Below are positions 34,741 to 47,634 of a DNA stretch of 64,000 nt, piece after piece. Source of the DNA: Eutreptiella sp. 'Long Island Sound 2002' (Eukaryota > Protista > Euglenida); contig OZ038378.1 of NCBI GenBank assembly GCA_964036045.1, forward strand, positions 193,254,001-193,318,000, written 5' to 3'. Made by a program: the position numbers and the translations under genes. The notes below the pieces were generated by a model. It did no database searches. It saw only the letters and a list, made by a program, of their open reading frames with translations, and had not been told where the DNA came from. Within the stretch, counting starts at the first letter, position 1. Every line of letters starts with the position of its first letter.

Positions 34741-37700
34741 ATGAGATGTTTGGTGTCCGCAGCCGCTGCAACGTTGCGGCGCTGCCGGACATTCAGTGCA
34801 TGTGCAAACCCCATGGCACTGATCCGCTTCAGAGCCGAGGATGGCAGCATCATGTACGGCGAGCCCACTGATAGCAGCATGCAGGCAGCGAAAGTGGTGA
34901 AGGGGTTGCTGGATGTGCAGTGGACGGGGGAGACGGCCCGTGTCTCCCAGTTGCTTGGTACGCCACTTGCTGCATGCTCACGCCAGGACCGTCTGAGGGC
35001 CATGTGTCAAGGTCAAGCTGCTGGATGCGGGTGGGTCCACCGGGTCATTCTGAGTCAAAAAAATTATTTGGGTATCGAAAATGTCAGATGGGGATGCTGA
35101 GCTCCCACATGGCATTTTACAACAGAGCACGTGAGATTGCCACAGAGGGGCATAGTGCAGACAAGCATCATGTTTAGAACAACCGCTACCAGTGGTTGGC
35201 CAACCACCACGATGAATGTGTCACCAGCCGCTGCCAATAACTGCCGGCCACGTGGGGCGGAGTGGGTTAAGTTATAACGAATCAAACGCACGCCTAACGA
35301 CCTTCTTCTGGGCACCAGAAAAGGGGCATTTTTTGGGGGGGTTTTACTGCCGATGGTTTGCCACCAGTCAGTCTAACCAGCCACCCATCGCTTGAATTGC
35401 CACCAACAGCCGTGTCCAACCTACCACTACCAACGCGACCAACCACCACCGTCACCTGCCACCAACCGCCGTCCGCCAACTGTACCACCCAAGTTTCATC
35501 TCCATCATCTATCTCCAGGCCACTGCTCCTCCGATGAGGCTAACAGCCCCGTCCCCAGCCCTTGTCAATGCCCGATCCACCCCCCCTGTCCACAGCTCTT
35601 GTCAATGCCTCAGGCCCCTGTCCTCATCCCTTGTCCCCTTCCCCGTTTCTTGTCAACGCGCCCCAACCACCGAGGCCACATGGCTCAGTGTACCGAGTTC
35701 GAGCCCCTGAGGGGACATGAAAACTATTACGCTCAGCCGTCCCAGGCGCTCTCGGTGTCCTCAGTGACCCCGCGTGCCGGACGGGACTAGAATTGGTTCG
35801 CTGGTGCCTGAAGATCGCCCACGTAGTCTGCCTCTGCTCCAACGCCATGCCCAGCCCTTGTTAGGGCCCAATGCCCCCTGTCCCCTGCCATACTCAACGC
35901 CCAAGGTCCCCATCCCTAGGGCATGTGAAAATCCCCTTGAGGGGCAGGGCGAGGGTGGGTCCGGTATGAAGGATGTTCTGTAGTGTGTCTTTTGATGCGT
36001 CGTTTGAACGAGCCAGCTGTCCAACGGGTCCTTCTTCTGTCACATCGAAAGGCGCCTCTGGCAATGTCACTGAAGAGCTTATTGTTATCCCTTTTGCCCT
36101 GCAGCCTTGTGCCTTGCAGCGTACAGGTTAGCATTCAACAGCTGCATCCCACAGCGGGGGGGGGGGGGGGGAATTTTGGTCCATTTTGGGCCGCCAAGTC
36201 GGCCGATTTCGGGCCGTCGGGACAGCCAAAACCCCAATTTTGGCCATTTTTGGGGCGCCGAGACCCCAGATTTTGGTCAAATCTGGACCACTGAGCCGGC
36301 CCATCTTGGTCGATTCTGGGAGCCCAAAACGGTCGATTTTGGTCAATTTGGGGGCGCCCAGACGGTGAATTTTGGTGCTCCTGTGACGGGGGTGGGGGGC
36401 GGGTTGAGTCCCATCTTGGGCCTCGTGAAGGCCGCCTTGGGAAGGAATTTCGGGGGACAAGCCAATTGCTCCCTTGAAAACGCTTCCCCGCTCCGGGACC
36501 CCGACATGGCAGGGCTATGCAACTATTTTGACGGGTCCCCACTCTGGGGGACCCCAAGCCCGCAGGGGTCATGCAGCCGCTTCGACCCTGTCTCGCGCTG
36601 CTTTTCCAAGCCGATGGGCTCACAAGCAGGCCTCAGAAATACCCGTTTCCGGAACGTTACCGTGCACTTATCCGAAATGGGCTGATGGAGGAAAAGTGGG
36701 GGAAAACGGGGAAAAGTGTAGGAAATTTTTGGATGCTCGATGGAAAAATGGGGAATTTGGGGGCTGAAATTTCCCCCCATTTCCTCCCATTTCCCCCTCA
36801 TTTCCCCCTATTTTCCCCCATTTCCCCCCATTTTCCCCCATTTCCCCCCATTGTTCTTGGTACTGGGTACATTTCGGGTACGTTGCTGGGTATATTACCA
36901 CCCACCTCGTCCGGGTATTTCTGAGGCCTGCACAAGCTGGTGCCAAGCGTGTGCAACGGCATTCTTCTCATTCATGAGTCCAGTGGCCTGCAACCTCAGG
37001 TCCACCCATGCAAGCAGTGGACGTCCACACATGGCGATGGCCATAGAGAGACGCCATGGCAGCTTGAAATCTCTTGCATCTCCTCGCCTTGGACACCGAT
37101 GGGCAGGCGTGGGGCCACAGGTCTGGCTTGGCGCTTACCAGGGATGTCAATAAGAATCGCGCCATTTGGGGGGTGGGGGTGAAACGGGGGGGGGGGGGGG
37201 GTTGGCCAACCATGGACATGTCCACGGGTTGATGTTCCTGGTATGTCCATGATTGGCTGCCACAGTATGGACATGGATGCTATGGACGGGACGGGACGGG
37301 ACGACCATGGACGAGACAGGAGGGGGGGGGGGGGAGACCAAAACCCCCGTCTTATTGACAACGGGAGCACCTACTAGAACCAGAACAGATTTTTGGGTCG
37401 GCGGTTCGAATCCTTGCCGGTCGACTGCTTATTCTGGGGTAACCTGTCCTCCCCACTGGTTGAAGCCGAGTCTGCCACTGACAAAGAACCCAAACTGTGT
37501 GTTTCTGTCTGACCGGACATAAATTCCACCACTGCCCCCCCCCCCCCCTCTTCAATGGAAGTTCAACTTTATTTGCCACCATCTATGACCTTTTTCAAGG
37601 CCCCGTCACAGGAGCCAAGGAGGGGGGGGGTGTCCGGGAAAGGGGCTCCAACAACCCCCCTCCCGCCCACCCCGTGGGGCCCCCCAGCGCCGCTGTGTTT

Positions 37701-40700
37701 GCATTCCCAACTGTAACTCAAACGTCATTTTGAGGTGGTCGTACCGGGAGAGAGGGGCCGTTTGATGGTTGTGAGGGCTGTCCCCGTCTGTCTGCAGCTC
37801 CGGTGGACCCTCCGGTGGTCTGGGCCTTGGGCCTCAACTACGCGAAGCACGCGGCTGAGGCACAGTTGGCGCCCCCCAAATACCCCGTGGTCATCCTCAA
37901 ACCCCCCACCGCCGTGACGGCCCCCCATGGGGCCATCTGCATCCCCAAATGTGCCGCGGACCCGCCGGAAGTGGACTACGAAGTGGAACTTGCGGTGGTC
38001 ATCGGGCGTGCCTGCAAAGATGTCCTGCCGGAGGATGCCCTTCAGGTGTTGTATCGCTCCCACCCGCAACACCCACATTGTGTCAACACCCTGTGCTGTA
38101 CCGTGACTGTGCACGCAAGTCTACACTGCAACTGTGTCCTGTAGCTGTGCACTGCACCTCTGCACTGTAATTTTGCGCCGTACCTCTGTATTGTGATTAT
38201 GCGCTGCCACTCAATTCTTTCACTATGCTCTGGCTGGCTCTGCACTGCCACTCTGTCGTGTAATTCTGTACTTTCACTCTGTTCTATCTTTTGGTCTCTC
38301 TCTGCAAACAAAAAAAAAAGGATCCCACCATACGTGTGTTGCGCCGTACCTCTGTATTGTGATTATGTGCTGCCACTCAATTCTTTCACTATGCTCTGGC
38401 TGGCTCTGCACTGCCACTCTGTCGTGTAATTCTGTACTTTCACTCTGTTCTATCTTTTGGTCTCTCTCTGCAAACAAAAAAAGTATTCCACCATACGTGT
38501 GTTCTTGTTTCCTTCATTGGACAAGGCAGCAACATGTTGGGACAGTCTGTTCAACAACACTCATTGTCACTGGAGGGTTTACTGCCCTTACGCACACACA
38601 TATTTCACACACACGAATATTTCGGAATGAGACCAAAACCAAAAAGTCTGAAAAATCCGAATGGTTCCGAAGCGTTCCGCTTTAGGTCAGCCACAAACCG
38701 CTGACGGTTAGACAGTGGTCAGTCTCATGGCCACCCGCCGTCACTCCCCACCAACCACCGTCCACCAACTGCCATGAATCGTCGTTCACCTCCCACCAAC
38801 TGGCTGCTGTCTCCCAGCCTCGATTTCGTTTGGCCTTGAAAGGGTGGTTGTACCCTGTAGTGCCTTCGCTCCACATTGGGAGTGGCCCCTCGGACGTCCC
38901 GGGGGACGAGGTTTCGAGGCATGTAACGGAGGCAGGTAAGGGGCTCAAGGGAAGAGCAGCGCCTGTTGGCTGCCAAGCTGCAGCGCGGCCGCCCCACCCG
39001 GCCAAGAGCTACGTCGCAACTCGGGGGGGGGGGGGGGGTTGCGTGAAGCATACCCACAGCAACCCCAGCACTGTGCAATCCGTGAAGAAGGCAATCAAGG
39101 AGTTGCATGCGGGGACGGGAGTAAAGAAGGAGGAGGGGCACCACAGAATGGCGCAATGACTGACCTGAGCCATGGCCACTTGGAGACAAAGAGGATGACT
39201 CATGGCGCGGCAGACACTCTCTGCACAACACGGCCCTGGACCATGGATGCCCAAAGTGATGTAATCTTGAGATCACGTTACTGTGGAGTGACCACCATGT
39301 CAGGACATACCCATGGTTTGATTCATTGATGGTCTGCGAGGCTGCACCAGACCAGAACAAAAAAGAATGCGCCTCAGGCGCGGCTAAGTTTCACAGCTGT
39401 GGTGTTTCGTGGGAACTGGTTTCTGCTGCAAAGGACCCCGTGCCCCCACAGTTGCTGTTCCATCTGCGCTTGTAGTTTTACCCCCAAGAGTTTTTTTCCC
39501 TGCGCATCCCCCCTTCCAAGATGGCCATAAAGGCTGAGTAAGCGTGCCGGTTGGTAGTTCCAAGTGTATGCACTGGTCTTGAGTCTTCAGCAATAAATTA
39601 TTTACATTGCCTGTTCCACGGCAATGGGGGAAAGCATTGCCAGCAGGTGAGAGTGGCACAGTTATCCCTCTGCACACAAGTGCTGCTTCCGCAAGGAGGT
39701 TGGGGGGGGGGGGGGGGGTTGGGGGGTATCATCGTGGGTGGGTGAGTCAGGGGCGCTCGACTGTCCCCCTTTGCTTGAACCAACCGCCTGTCCTTGGCCG
39801 CCCCCTCTCCAGTCTTTACCAGTGTGTATCCCAAATCAGTGTTCTCCTGTGTGCTTTGTATCCCAAAGGATAATTTTGTGTATGCAGTGTGTATCTAATG
39901 GGCTAATTTGGGAACTGTTAAAAGTTAATTGAAAATCGAGTTGAGTCAGGGTAAAAACAGCCATATGCAAACAAATGCAGAAATCAAATAATTGGCTGGA
40001 CAACAGTGCAACCAGGGAGGATACAAAAAATGATTAACGAGGAAATTTCATTCATATAGACATTGAGAGAGCAACAGGTTATGAACGAAGAGACCCAAAG
40101 TGGAGCAAGTTTCCAAACAACCTTCCAAAGTCTTTCCATATAGGGCTGCAGGACAAAAGCGGATTTTGCTGCAGGAATGTGCTGAAAGGTATGAAAGGGT
40201 AAAAAACAAATTTTTTGTTTCTCAATTTTCAGTATTTCTGCTGCCCAGACAACAGAAAAAAAACAAGACACAAAACTTCTAAAATGGAAAAAATCAATGT
40301 GGGCCATTCTGAAAAGAACAAGTATAATTTGGTTGAATCAGCGTGGTTTAGGATCAGACTTTTGCTTAAGGTCGGTCGGGGGGTCTGCGGCATGTGGGTG
40401 GGTGGGTCAGTTTGGTTTCGGGCAATTTGGGCCCAAGGAGCCTCCTCCCCCCTTGGCATAAGACGGGATGTTGTGAACAGAACAATTGGGAACAAGCCAA
40501 GAACGCTTCATGACCTCAACTGCATGTCTCCTGCATGTTGTGTCACTTTTCAGATCATGAATGCCAAACAGCTTTGTGATTCTGGTGCTTTGGTTGGTGC
40601 AGGCAGTGTTATGCGTCTGAAAAGTGGTGACCATCGAAAGATTGCTTGCATTTGGGGATGAGGGATGAGGGGTTGTTCTGCCCCCCCCCCCCCCTACTGG

Positions 40701-42771
40701 GGGGGTGGGGGTGGGGGGCTAGGTGGGCGGGTGGGTGGGCCAGCTGGTCCCTAGGAAGCCCCAGAATCCCCCCCCCCCCCAGTTGGTAAGCAATGGTCTG
40801 CATAGGACTACAGGACCATAAGACCATAGGACTACAGGACAAAATGACCTCAGTGGGATACCGTGGTAAGTTTGAGTTCCAATGAGGCAAAGTCTGGGGA
40901 CACGCTGGGCATGTCGGTGTCATGGATCCCACATGGTCTTTGTGTGTACACTGTGTATGCCGAAGACTTTTTTTTGGCGTATCTTGCATTTGCTGCCCCT
41001 CTCCCGTGCGCAGTACGTCTTGGGCTACACCGTGGCCAACGACGTCACCGCGCGCCGGTGGCAAGGGAAGAAGGGTGGTGGACAGTGGGTGCGCAGCAAG
41101 GGCTTCGACACCTTCCTGCCCCTCGGCCCCGCGCTGGCGCTGGCACACACGATCCCGAACCCGAACAATTTACTGCTGGAATCCCGCCTCAATGATGTTG
41201 TAATGCAGAGGGCCAACACGTCGGAGATGATCTTTTCCGTGCCAGAGCTGATCAGTTTTCTGTCGCAAGGTGTGTGCCCTTCGCCCCCCTTGCCCCTCAC
41301 CCGCCCTGTGACGACGTCCAAATGCAGTTGCTGTTGGCAGACTGCAAGAACGAGGACATAAATAACGAACCGACTGCGGAATGCCTGGAATTCTGCGCAC
41401 CACCGATGGGTAACACTCGGTGACCGGAACCCCCAGGCCCTGTGTTGCATGTGCCAAATCGTTTGTGGTGGTGCATGGGAATGACTGAATGTGAAGCATG
41501 CGGGCGGCGGCGTGGGACCCATAGGCCCGTTGGTCCCATTGCTCCTCCCTGGCTCGGGCTAGAGTTGTGGGCTTCTTGGCTCTGGGCGGGGGAGAAGGGG
41601 TTGCCCTAAAGCTCAGTGCCATTTGGTACTGCCGGTATTGCCGGTGTGAACATTGAATTGAGTCTTCAGGAGGAAATTCTCTACATCGTTTGAAATGAGT
41701 GTGGGGCAGTTGTCCCTCTGTGCACAAGCTTCAGCCCCTTGGCGTCCCTCCACAGTCAATGGCCAGTCGCACAAAAGTGGGACTGAGAAGGCGATGAAGG
41801 CCGTGTGAAGGCAGGCGCGGCTGGAGCACAGTGGCGGGCCCGGACCTGACCTTTTGAGCCCCCTTCCGCTGTTCGGGCCCTGGGGGATTCCTCAAAGGGC
41901 GGTCGTCAATGCGTGATGCATGGCGTGTGTCGTGCCTTGCGGTCCGGAAACGCTGCCACACGCAAAAGGCCACACGCCCTGTGCCACAGGTACGTACCTC
42001 CGAGTCAACCGGGGCCTGAAGCTCCTCCTCGTGGACTCGCCTTGGCGCACACGGGTCAGTGGTCCGGAGAGCCCCTCCACACTGCCTGTCTGCCGGCCGG
42101 ATATGTCTGGACCCGACTTGACAATGTGCGTGCCGGGTGTACCGTAAATTCGTTGCCATAAGTAGGGGGGCTCCCGGATTTGGCAAACCCATTTTGGGCT
42201 GACCCCTACAACTCATTGCTGCCCCCAACTCAACCTGCAAATCCCTCTTTCGGATGATCCCGGCAGTAGAAATCTCAGGCACAATGTGGGGCGGCACGGC
42301 CGCCGTGGTGCCCCCTTACAGCATTGCGCTGCCCCCTATTGCACATGTGAACGCCGAACAACCCCTCCAAACCCTGCCGCCTACTTGGCTGCGGCCCCTA
42401 CTTATGGCAACGAATTTACAGTACACCCCCGCTTCTGCGCATGCCAGTGTGCCCCCCCCTGCCCCCGCTTCACACCCCCACTTCAGCGCATCAAGCCTCT
42501 GCCATCGCACCAAGCCTCTGCCATCGTACCACCGGTCGCTGGTGCGGTCCCTCCCGCATGCCGTTCTCCGCGCGCACATCGCGTGGCGCCGTTGCACCCG
42601 TTCCCCGCGCTCCCAGGCACCACGCTGCTGCCCGGCACCGTCATCCTCACCGGCACCCCCGAGGGCGTGGGGTACTCACGCAAACCGCCGGTATACCTGC
42701 AGCCTGGTGACTGCATTGTCTCGTCCATCGAGGGCATCGGGGACCTCTTGAATACGGTGCAGTCCGCATGA
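34741..42771 (+). CDS. Fumarylacetoacetate hydrolase family protein (FAHD-like), 4 exons, ~291 aa, probable mitochondrial presequence
   Basis: join(34741-34957,37798-38045,41014-41269,42617-42771). GT-AG introns with consistent phases (876 nt). Motifs [54 protein letters not shown] and [13 protein letters not shown]. The N-terminus [20 protein letters not shown] is R-rich and lacks acidic residues. Confidence 0.95.
36674..36852. repeat. Purine-rich/pyrimidine-rich foldback minisatellite
   Basis: Degenerate GGGGAAAA units (36674-36763) followed by about 8 ATTTCCCCCC-type units (36768-36852). Confidence 0.75.
37145..37360. mobile_element. ~216-bp MITE-like element with perfect 11-bp TIR
   Basis: TGTCAATAAGA (37145-37155) and TCTTATTGACA (37350-37360). 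Subterminal G runs; internal ATGGAC repeats. Confidence 0.6.
38175..38502 (+). repeat. Near-identical 166-bp tandem duplication in FAHD intron 2
   Basis: GCGCCGTACCTCTGTATTGTGATTATG at 38175 and 38341. Each unit ends in an A-run. Confidence 0.95.
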
Positions 42772-42834
42772 CCGATGCCCTGTCCCGACCCCGGCCGGAC
42801 CACAGGCGCTGCAGCTTCGAAGCCTCGTGCCTGT

Positions 42835-42902
42835 GACCCACCCTGGCTCCAACCGGGGGCCTCTGGTTCACGCAGCACACGCCATGAGCCACTCGCCCTC
42901 GT
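42835..42902 (-). mobile_element. tRNA-like SINE head just downstream of the FAHD stop codon
   Basis: Minus strand GGGCGAGTGGCTCATGG...GGCCCCCGGTTGGAGCC: degenerate A and B boxes, no cloverleaf. Confidence 0.4.
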
Positions 42903-45900
42903 GGAACACTACACATGGCAACGGGTGGAGCATCATATTCGGGAGGAAGGCACACTGGCATCGTGGAGTGGGGCTAAAGGACGGCCTGTCCCTCCCGAGG
43001 GCTCATCAGTGCTGGACTGTGATGCCCAGGGGATGGTCTGTGTGAGCCCCTCTGCGAGGAATGCAGGGCGGGGGTTTGGCAGTGGTAGGGTGGACCCTTG
43101 GCTCTGGGTCAACGGCCAATTCCGTCTTGACTGCCCCCGCGTTCGCACTTGTGGTGGAGTGCTTTGCCGGGGAAGCAGCGCCAGCGGAGGCATCTTCAGT
43201 TCCAGGCTGGCCCTCATTGGATTTGCTTGGGGTCTCCGCACGCTTCGTGGCATTCGCACTGGAGGTCCCGGGGGTGTGGACATGTGGGTGTCGCAGCTAC
43301 CTTTCTGTAAATAATGCAATAGCCTCAAGCTAAATTGGAATCGCACGCTTGCACAGCTGTTAGTCTCATGCGCAATCTTCGATCACCACTGAAATTTTGA
43401 TTTCGTGGATTTTTCAACCGTGAATTTCTGAAATCGTTCAACTGTGAATTTCTGAAACGATTTCACATTATCAATTCTGAATTTCTGAGATTGATCCCCA
43501 TCCCCCAAAATTCTCACATGTTCAATTTGTGGATTTGGCGTCAATCTGTGCTTTCTTCTCCTTGTCCCTTTCACGCCACGCTCAAAGGGGTTGGGTAATG
43601 AACAAAGCAAGGGTATTGCTTCCTCTCCTTCCTTCCTCAAACAAAGAAAGGTCAAGGGTACCAAACCAAGGTCAACAAGGTCAAAAGGTTTAAGGTTAGA
43701 AATGATGTTTGACATTGTGTGTATTTGTCGAGAAATGAAAGACCAACACTCTGAGTTGAAACTCAGTTAGTGTTGAGGCATCCTAAACAGAAACAAATAA
43801 GCACACATTTGATATACAAATATATCAAATGCACATGCACAATGTTGTTGCTTGCTCCGCGTGTGCTTATTGGGGTTTACGTGTTCCTTTCCCAGCTCGA
43901 ACAATCACGAGTTCAACGCTCTAGGGTTGCAAATAGCCGCAAGCGACACGGGGATACGGATATGCGCTGCTTTTTGCACACATCCCCTTCTTGAACAGAC
44001 TGAGTTGAGTAGTGGAGGCAAAGGGCATGTGCGAGGGGCGCAGCACGGGACTTGCCACTGACCCCCTAAGCACCACCCTTCGCACGCGGCAGGGCGCACG
44101 CCCTCAAGGCGAGGGCGTCTCATGTACGATGGGCTCAGTGCCTGGGCCGGCCCACCGCTCCATGAGCCCGCGTGCCACGGCACACCGCCATATCAGTAAC
44201 AACGAGCCAAGTGCTAAGCGTGTTCCCAGGGCCGTGCAGTGCGGCACACTGGCGGCTGCGGGGGCTCGTGCGTCCCTATTCGGGGGGGATGCTGCGTGCA
44301 GGTGGGTGACCGTCCGGAGTGGGCGGGCGTCGCTCAGGAAGAGCCACGCTGCTGCCGTATGGCAGGCTCTTCTTGCTGCTCCAGCGGAGGCCATGGCGGG
44401 ATGCGGGGCACAACACTGCGCATTCAACCGACCTGACATGCCCTTTAAGCTGTCCTTCCCCTGCCCCTGAAACATGCCACGGAGCGCTCTTGTCCCCCCC
44501 CGAGCGGGGGGGGGGGGGCGGGGGTCAGGGAGGTCAGGACATATGCTCGCGCTGCAGAGGGAGAGGGGGGTTTGTTGTGCTATGCGGGACCCATGACAGA
44601 CCATTTGCAGAGGGTTTGCGCATTCTGCGGACACCGATCCGCCTTGGGACTCCGTCCACGTGGCGACCTCCGGCCCATCTCTGCCCTCTATCTGACCCTG
44701 CATGCACAATACCTCACCGGCCTGGGGCAGGCTGTTACACTCAGTGTCATTTAACCCACCTGGGGCTCAAACCAGGATTCTCTGGTCCAGGCGTCGTGCG
44801 CTATGACAGCGGAGCCAAGTGCCATGAGAAGGGCAATGAGTGGAGCAGCACAAATACAGCCTGCGTCGTGGCATGTCAAGAGCATGGGTATGAATGGGAC
44901 AACCTCATGCCGTTGACACTGTTGGCCTGCTGGAAGATCATAGAAACCACCCCCTGTGCTGCGCCCCCCCCCCCCCCCCCCACCCCCCTACAGACACCTT
45001 ACGGGTGGCTACAGGCAGGCCAGGCCTGGCAGGATACTTTTAGGGTTGCCCCATGTCCAGCAAGAAAGCAGGGCAAGGAAGCGCCACACTACACCTGTGG
45101 CAAGGGATTTGTAACCGACACCAACCACTGCGACCGTTCTGCCAACCCCCTCCAACTGCTTACTAACCCTCCCTGACCTCCAGCTCTGGGCCCCCTACCC
45201 TTCCAATGCATCCTCACTCGTGGACCACCCCAGCCCTATTTCACCTTGTTCCTGTTTCTCAGGGATCCTGGCGGGATGGCAGCAACTGTCGAAACACACC
45301 GAAGAGACCCAATGCGGGGGGCGGGGCGGGGGGGTGGGCTCAGGTGAAAGTCCATTGAAACTGTGCTCCAGGCAGCAGAGCCCAGCTGTGACGCCGTGAC
45401 TATGGCGCGGTGGGGGGCGGGCTGTCAATTGCCGCTTGATGGCCCCGTGGGCAGTTGAAGGCAATGTTCGGTCGTGTAAATGCCCAAACATGCTGTGCAA
45501 CACATTCAAGGCTTTTCATTGCTGTGCACAAAGCATTGCTGCGACCCCGAATACAGTGAGTGTGTGCTGTTGCTCGACAGCTTGGCGGTTGGGCTTGCAC
45601 GGAATCTGCCATAAGGCACCCCACCTTGTTTATATCAGTGATGACTGCAGCGCATGTGCTCTCATTTGTGTTGCGATTGGTCAAAGGGGGGCGAGATTCT
45701 GTCTTTACCCTAAGTTGTGCTTCGACGGACCGGCGCGGTCGTTGCCTGCGACCGCTGCAGTGCTTCAGCCTGTCAGGCGGTGGCGTTCTCTTCCTCGTGC
45801 ACTTGTCTGTCTCACTGTTGCTTCCAATGGCCTGGAGCTGACCCTCGGCGGAGGGAGATCTCAGCTTCATCATCGCCTTGCACTTGGGGAGCATTTCAAA

Positions 45901-45904
45901 TGCC

Positions 45905-46110
45905 TGGTGTGGTGTGGTGCTGTGCGGAGTGGTGCGGTGTGTGGTGCTGTGCTGTGCAGTGCGGTGTGTGGCACGGCACGGCACGGTGCGGTGCGGTGCG
46001 GTGCGGTGCAGTGCGGCGCGGCGCGGTGCAGTGTGGTGTGGTGTGGTATGGTATGGTGTGGTGTGGTGTGGTGTGGTGTGTGCCGAAGGCGCTGTTACCA
46101 GATGGCAAAG
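45905..46110. repeat. Compound pentamer microsatellite (GTGTG/GCGGT/GCACG) plus a conserved flank; related copy at ~48080-48145
   Basis: Both copies end in GTGCCGAAGGCGCTGTTACCA. Confidence 0.85.
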
Positions 46111-46229
46111 GCTGGGATGTCTACCCACGGGTGCAGGTAAACGGGAGGGCTATGTGTGTTGCATGCGCGCTGTGTGCGGGTATGTTTTCTGCAGCGGAAA
46201 GTGGGAATAGGTAGACCTGGAGGCTTCCC

Positions 46230-47505
46230 ACCAGGCCATTGCTGTTAGCCCAGGAGCTCCCGCAGGACCCCCTCCCGCTCTGCCTGCTAGTGCAGGCGTA
46301 GCTCCTGCAACACCCGTGCCATCGTGCTGTTCGGGCCCAGCTGGGCCTTCAGCATTGTGGCGCGCGCCTTGGTGTGGGCGTACCAGACCCTGATGGACTC
46401 CTCGATGACATAGCGCACGAACTCTGTCCCTAATGTATGGGGCCTGGAGCAATCCATGTGGGCCTGCTGCATGGAGGGGGTGCGCATTGCAGTCGCCTGC
46501 TGCTCCAGAACAGCCCGCTCCCACAGCTAGTTGCGCAGAGACGCAGCCCGGCGCCCCACACTTCGGTCAAGCCACGCTGCGAGCCGCCGAAGGGCCGGCC
46601 GCCACTCCTGGGACTGGGCCGAGCAAGCCTAGAGGTGGGGCGCTGTTTCCTGGTGCGCCCCACACAGGAGGCATGTCGTGTCCGGTATAGTGTCACGGTG
46701 AGACGACCGGTGCGCCAGGACAGTCATCGTCGGGATGTTGTCCATGCGGTGCGCCGATATGTGGCGATGTTGGTCACTGTCAAACCAGTCAAGGGGGGGG
46801 GGGGCGGGCACCACCCGGTGTGTAGTTAGCTTCCCAACGAGCCTCATATCCAACCCGCGCTGGAATGGAGGCCTGTGCCTGCAACCAGTCGCCCACCGCT
46901 GTGGGGGAAAGCTAGCACTGGCCCCGGTAGGTTGCCGGGGGGAGGAAAGAGAAGGGGCGGCGGAGGAGCCACGTCAGGTCCACCTCAGGCGGATCTTGCA
47001 TCGCCGCATCCACACGGGTGTTAAGGTCCGTGATCCAGTGCGACGGCGTGGTGATCACGTTGATGGCGGAGGTGGGGACCAAACGGCTCCCCCCCACGAT
47101 CGTGGCATACAGATGGTGTATGCCATCCCCACAGTGACCTCCCTCCTGGTAGGTGCAGAGGGCCCCCAATTGCCGCCTCCGAGTCTAGCACAAGCCAGTA
47201 CACCCCCGGCTGTACGGCCAGTCGCGGGACGTAGGACAGGAGGATCATGGCCTCCCCTTGTTGGGAGCGGAAGCGACATGGGCCTCGTTCGCTACAAGCT
47301 AGCACAGGCCAACCCCTGCCATAGCCATGCCCGCCGGCGTCGTCCCAGCATCCACCGCGACGACGGTGCCATGGAGGGTTGCCAGCGCTGGCAGGTCATG
47401 GAACCACATTCCTAGCTCGGTTTTAGGGGCCAAGACCCGGGGAGGGTCGGTAGCCAGGCCGTGCGGCGCAAGTAGCGCAAGGTCCCCATGGTGTTCCCGG
47501 AGATG
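46230..47505 (-). mobile_element. 3' fragment of a second non-LTR retrotransposon family (divergent RNase H + zinc finger), pseudogenised
   Basis: Minus strand VVAVDAG...QQGEAMI...LVLDSEAA...TTPSHW...RVDAA (RNase H D-E-D-H-D order), then CLLCGAHQETAPHL*AC. Several TAG stops and frameshifts. Confidence 0.8.
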
Positions 47506-47508
47506 TCA

Positions 47509-47634
47509 TGTGGTGTGGTGTGGTGTGGTGTGGTGTGGTGTGGTGTGGTGTGGTGTGGTGTGGTGTGGTGTGGTGTGGTGTGGTGTGGTGTGGTGTGGTG
47601 TGGTGTGGATTGAGTGAGTGAGTGAGTGAGTGAG
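47509..47634. repeat. (TGGTG)n followed by (TGAG)n microsatellite
   Basis: About 20 perfect pentamers at 47509-47607, then TGAG units at 47611-47634. Confidence 0.95.

Noticed and set aside
35900-36100. Nested antisense exon in FAHD intron 1
   Set aside because: The open stretch has no recognisable motif or partner exons.
45400-46214. Long Cys/Gly/Val- or His/Thr/Pro-rich ORFs
   Set aside because: Translations of the pentamer microsatellite.
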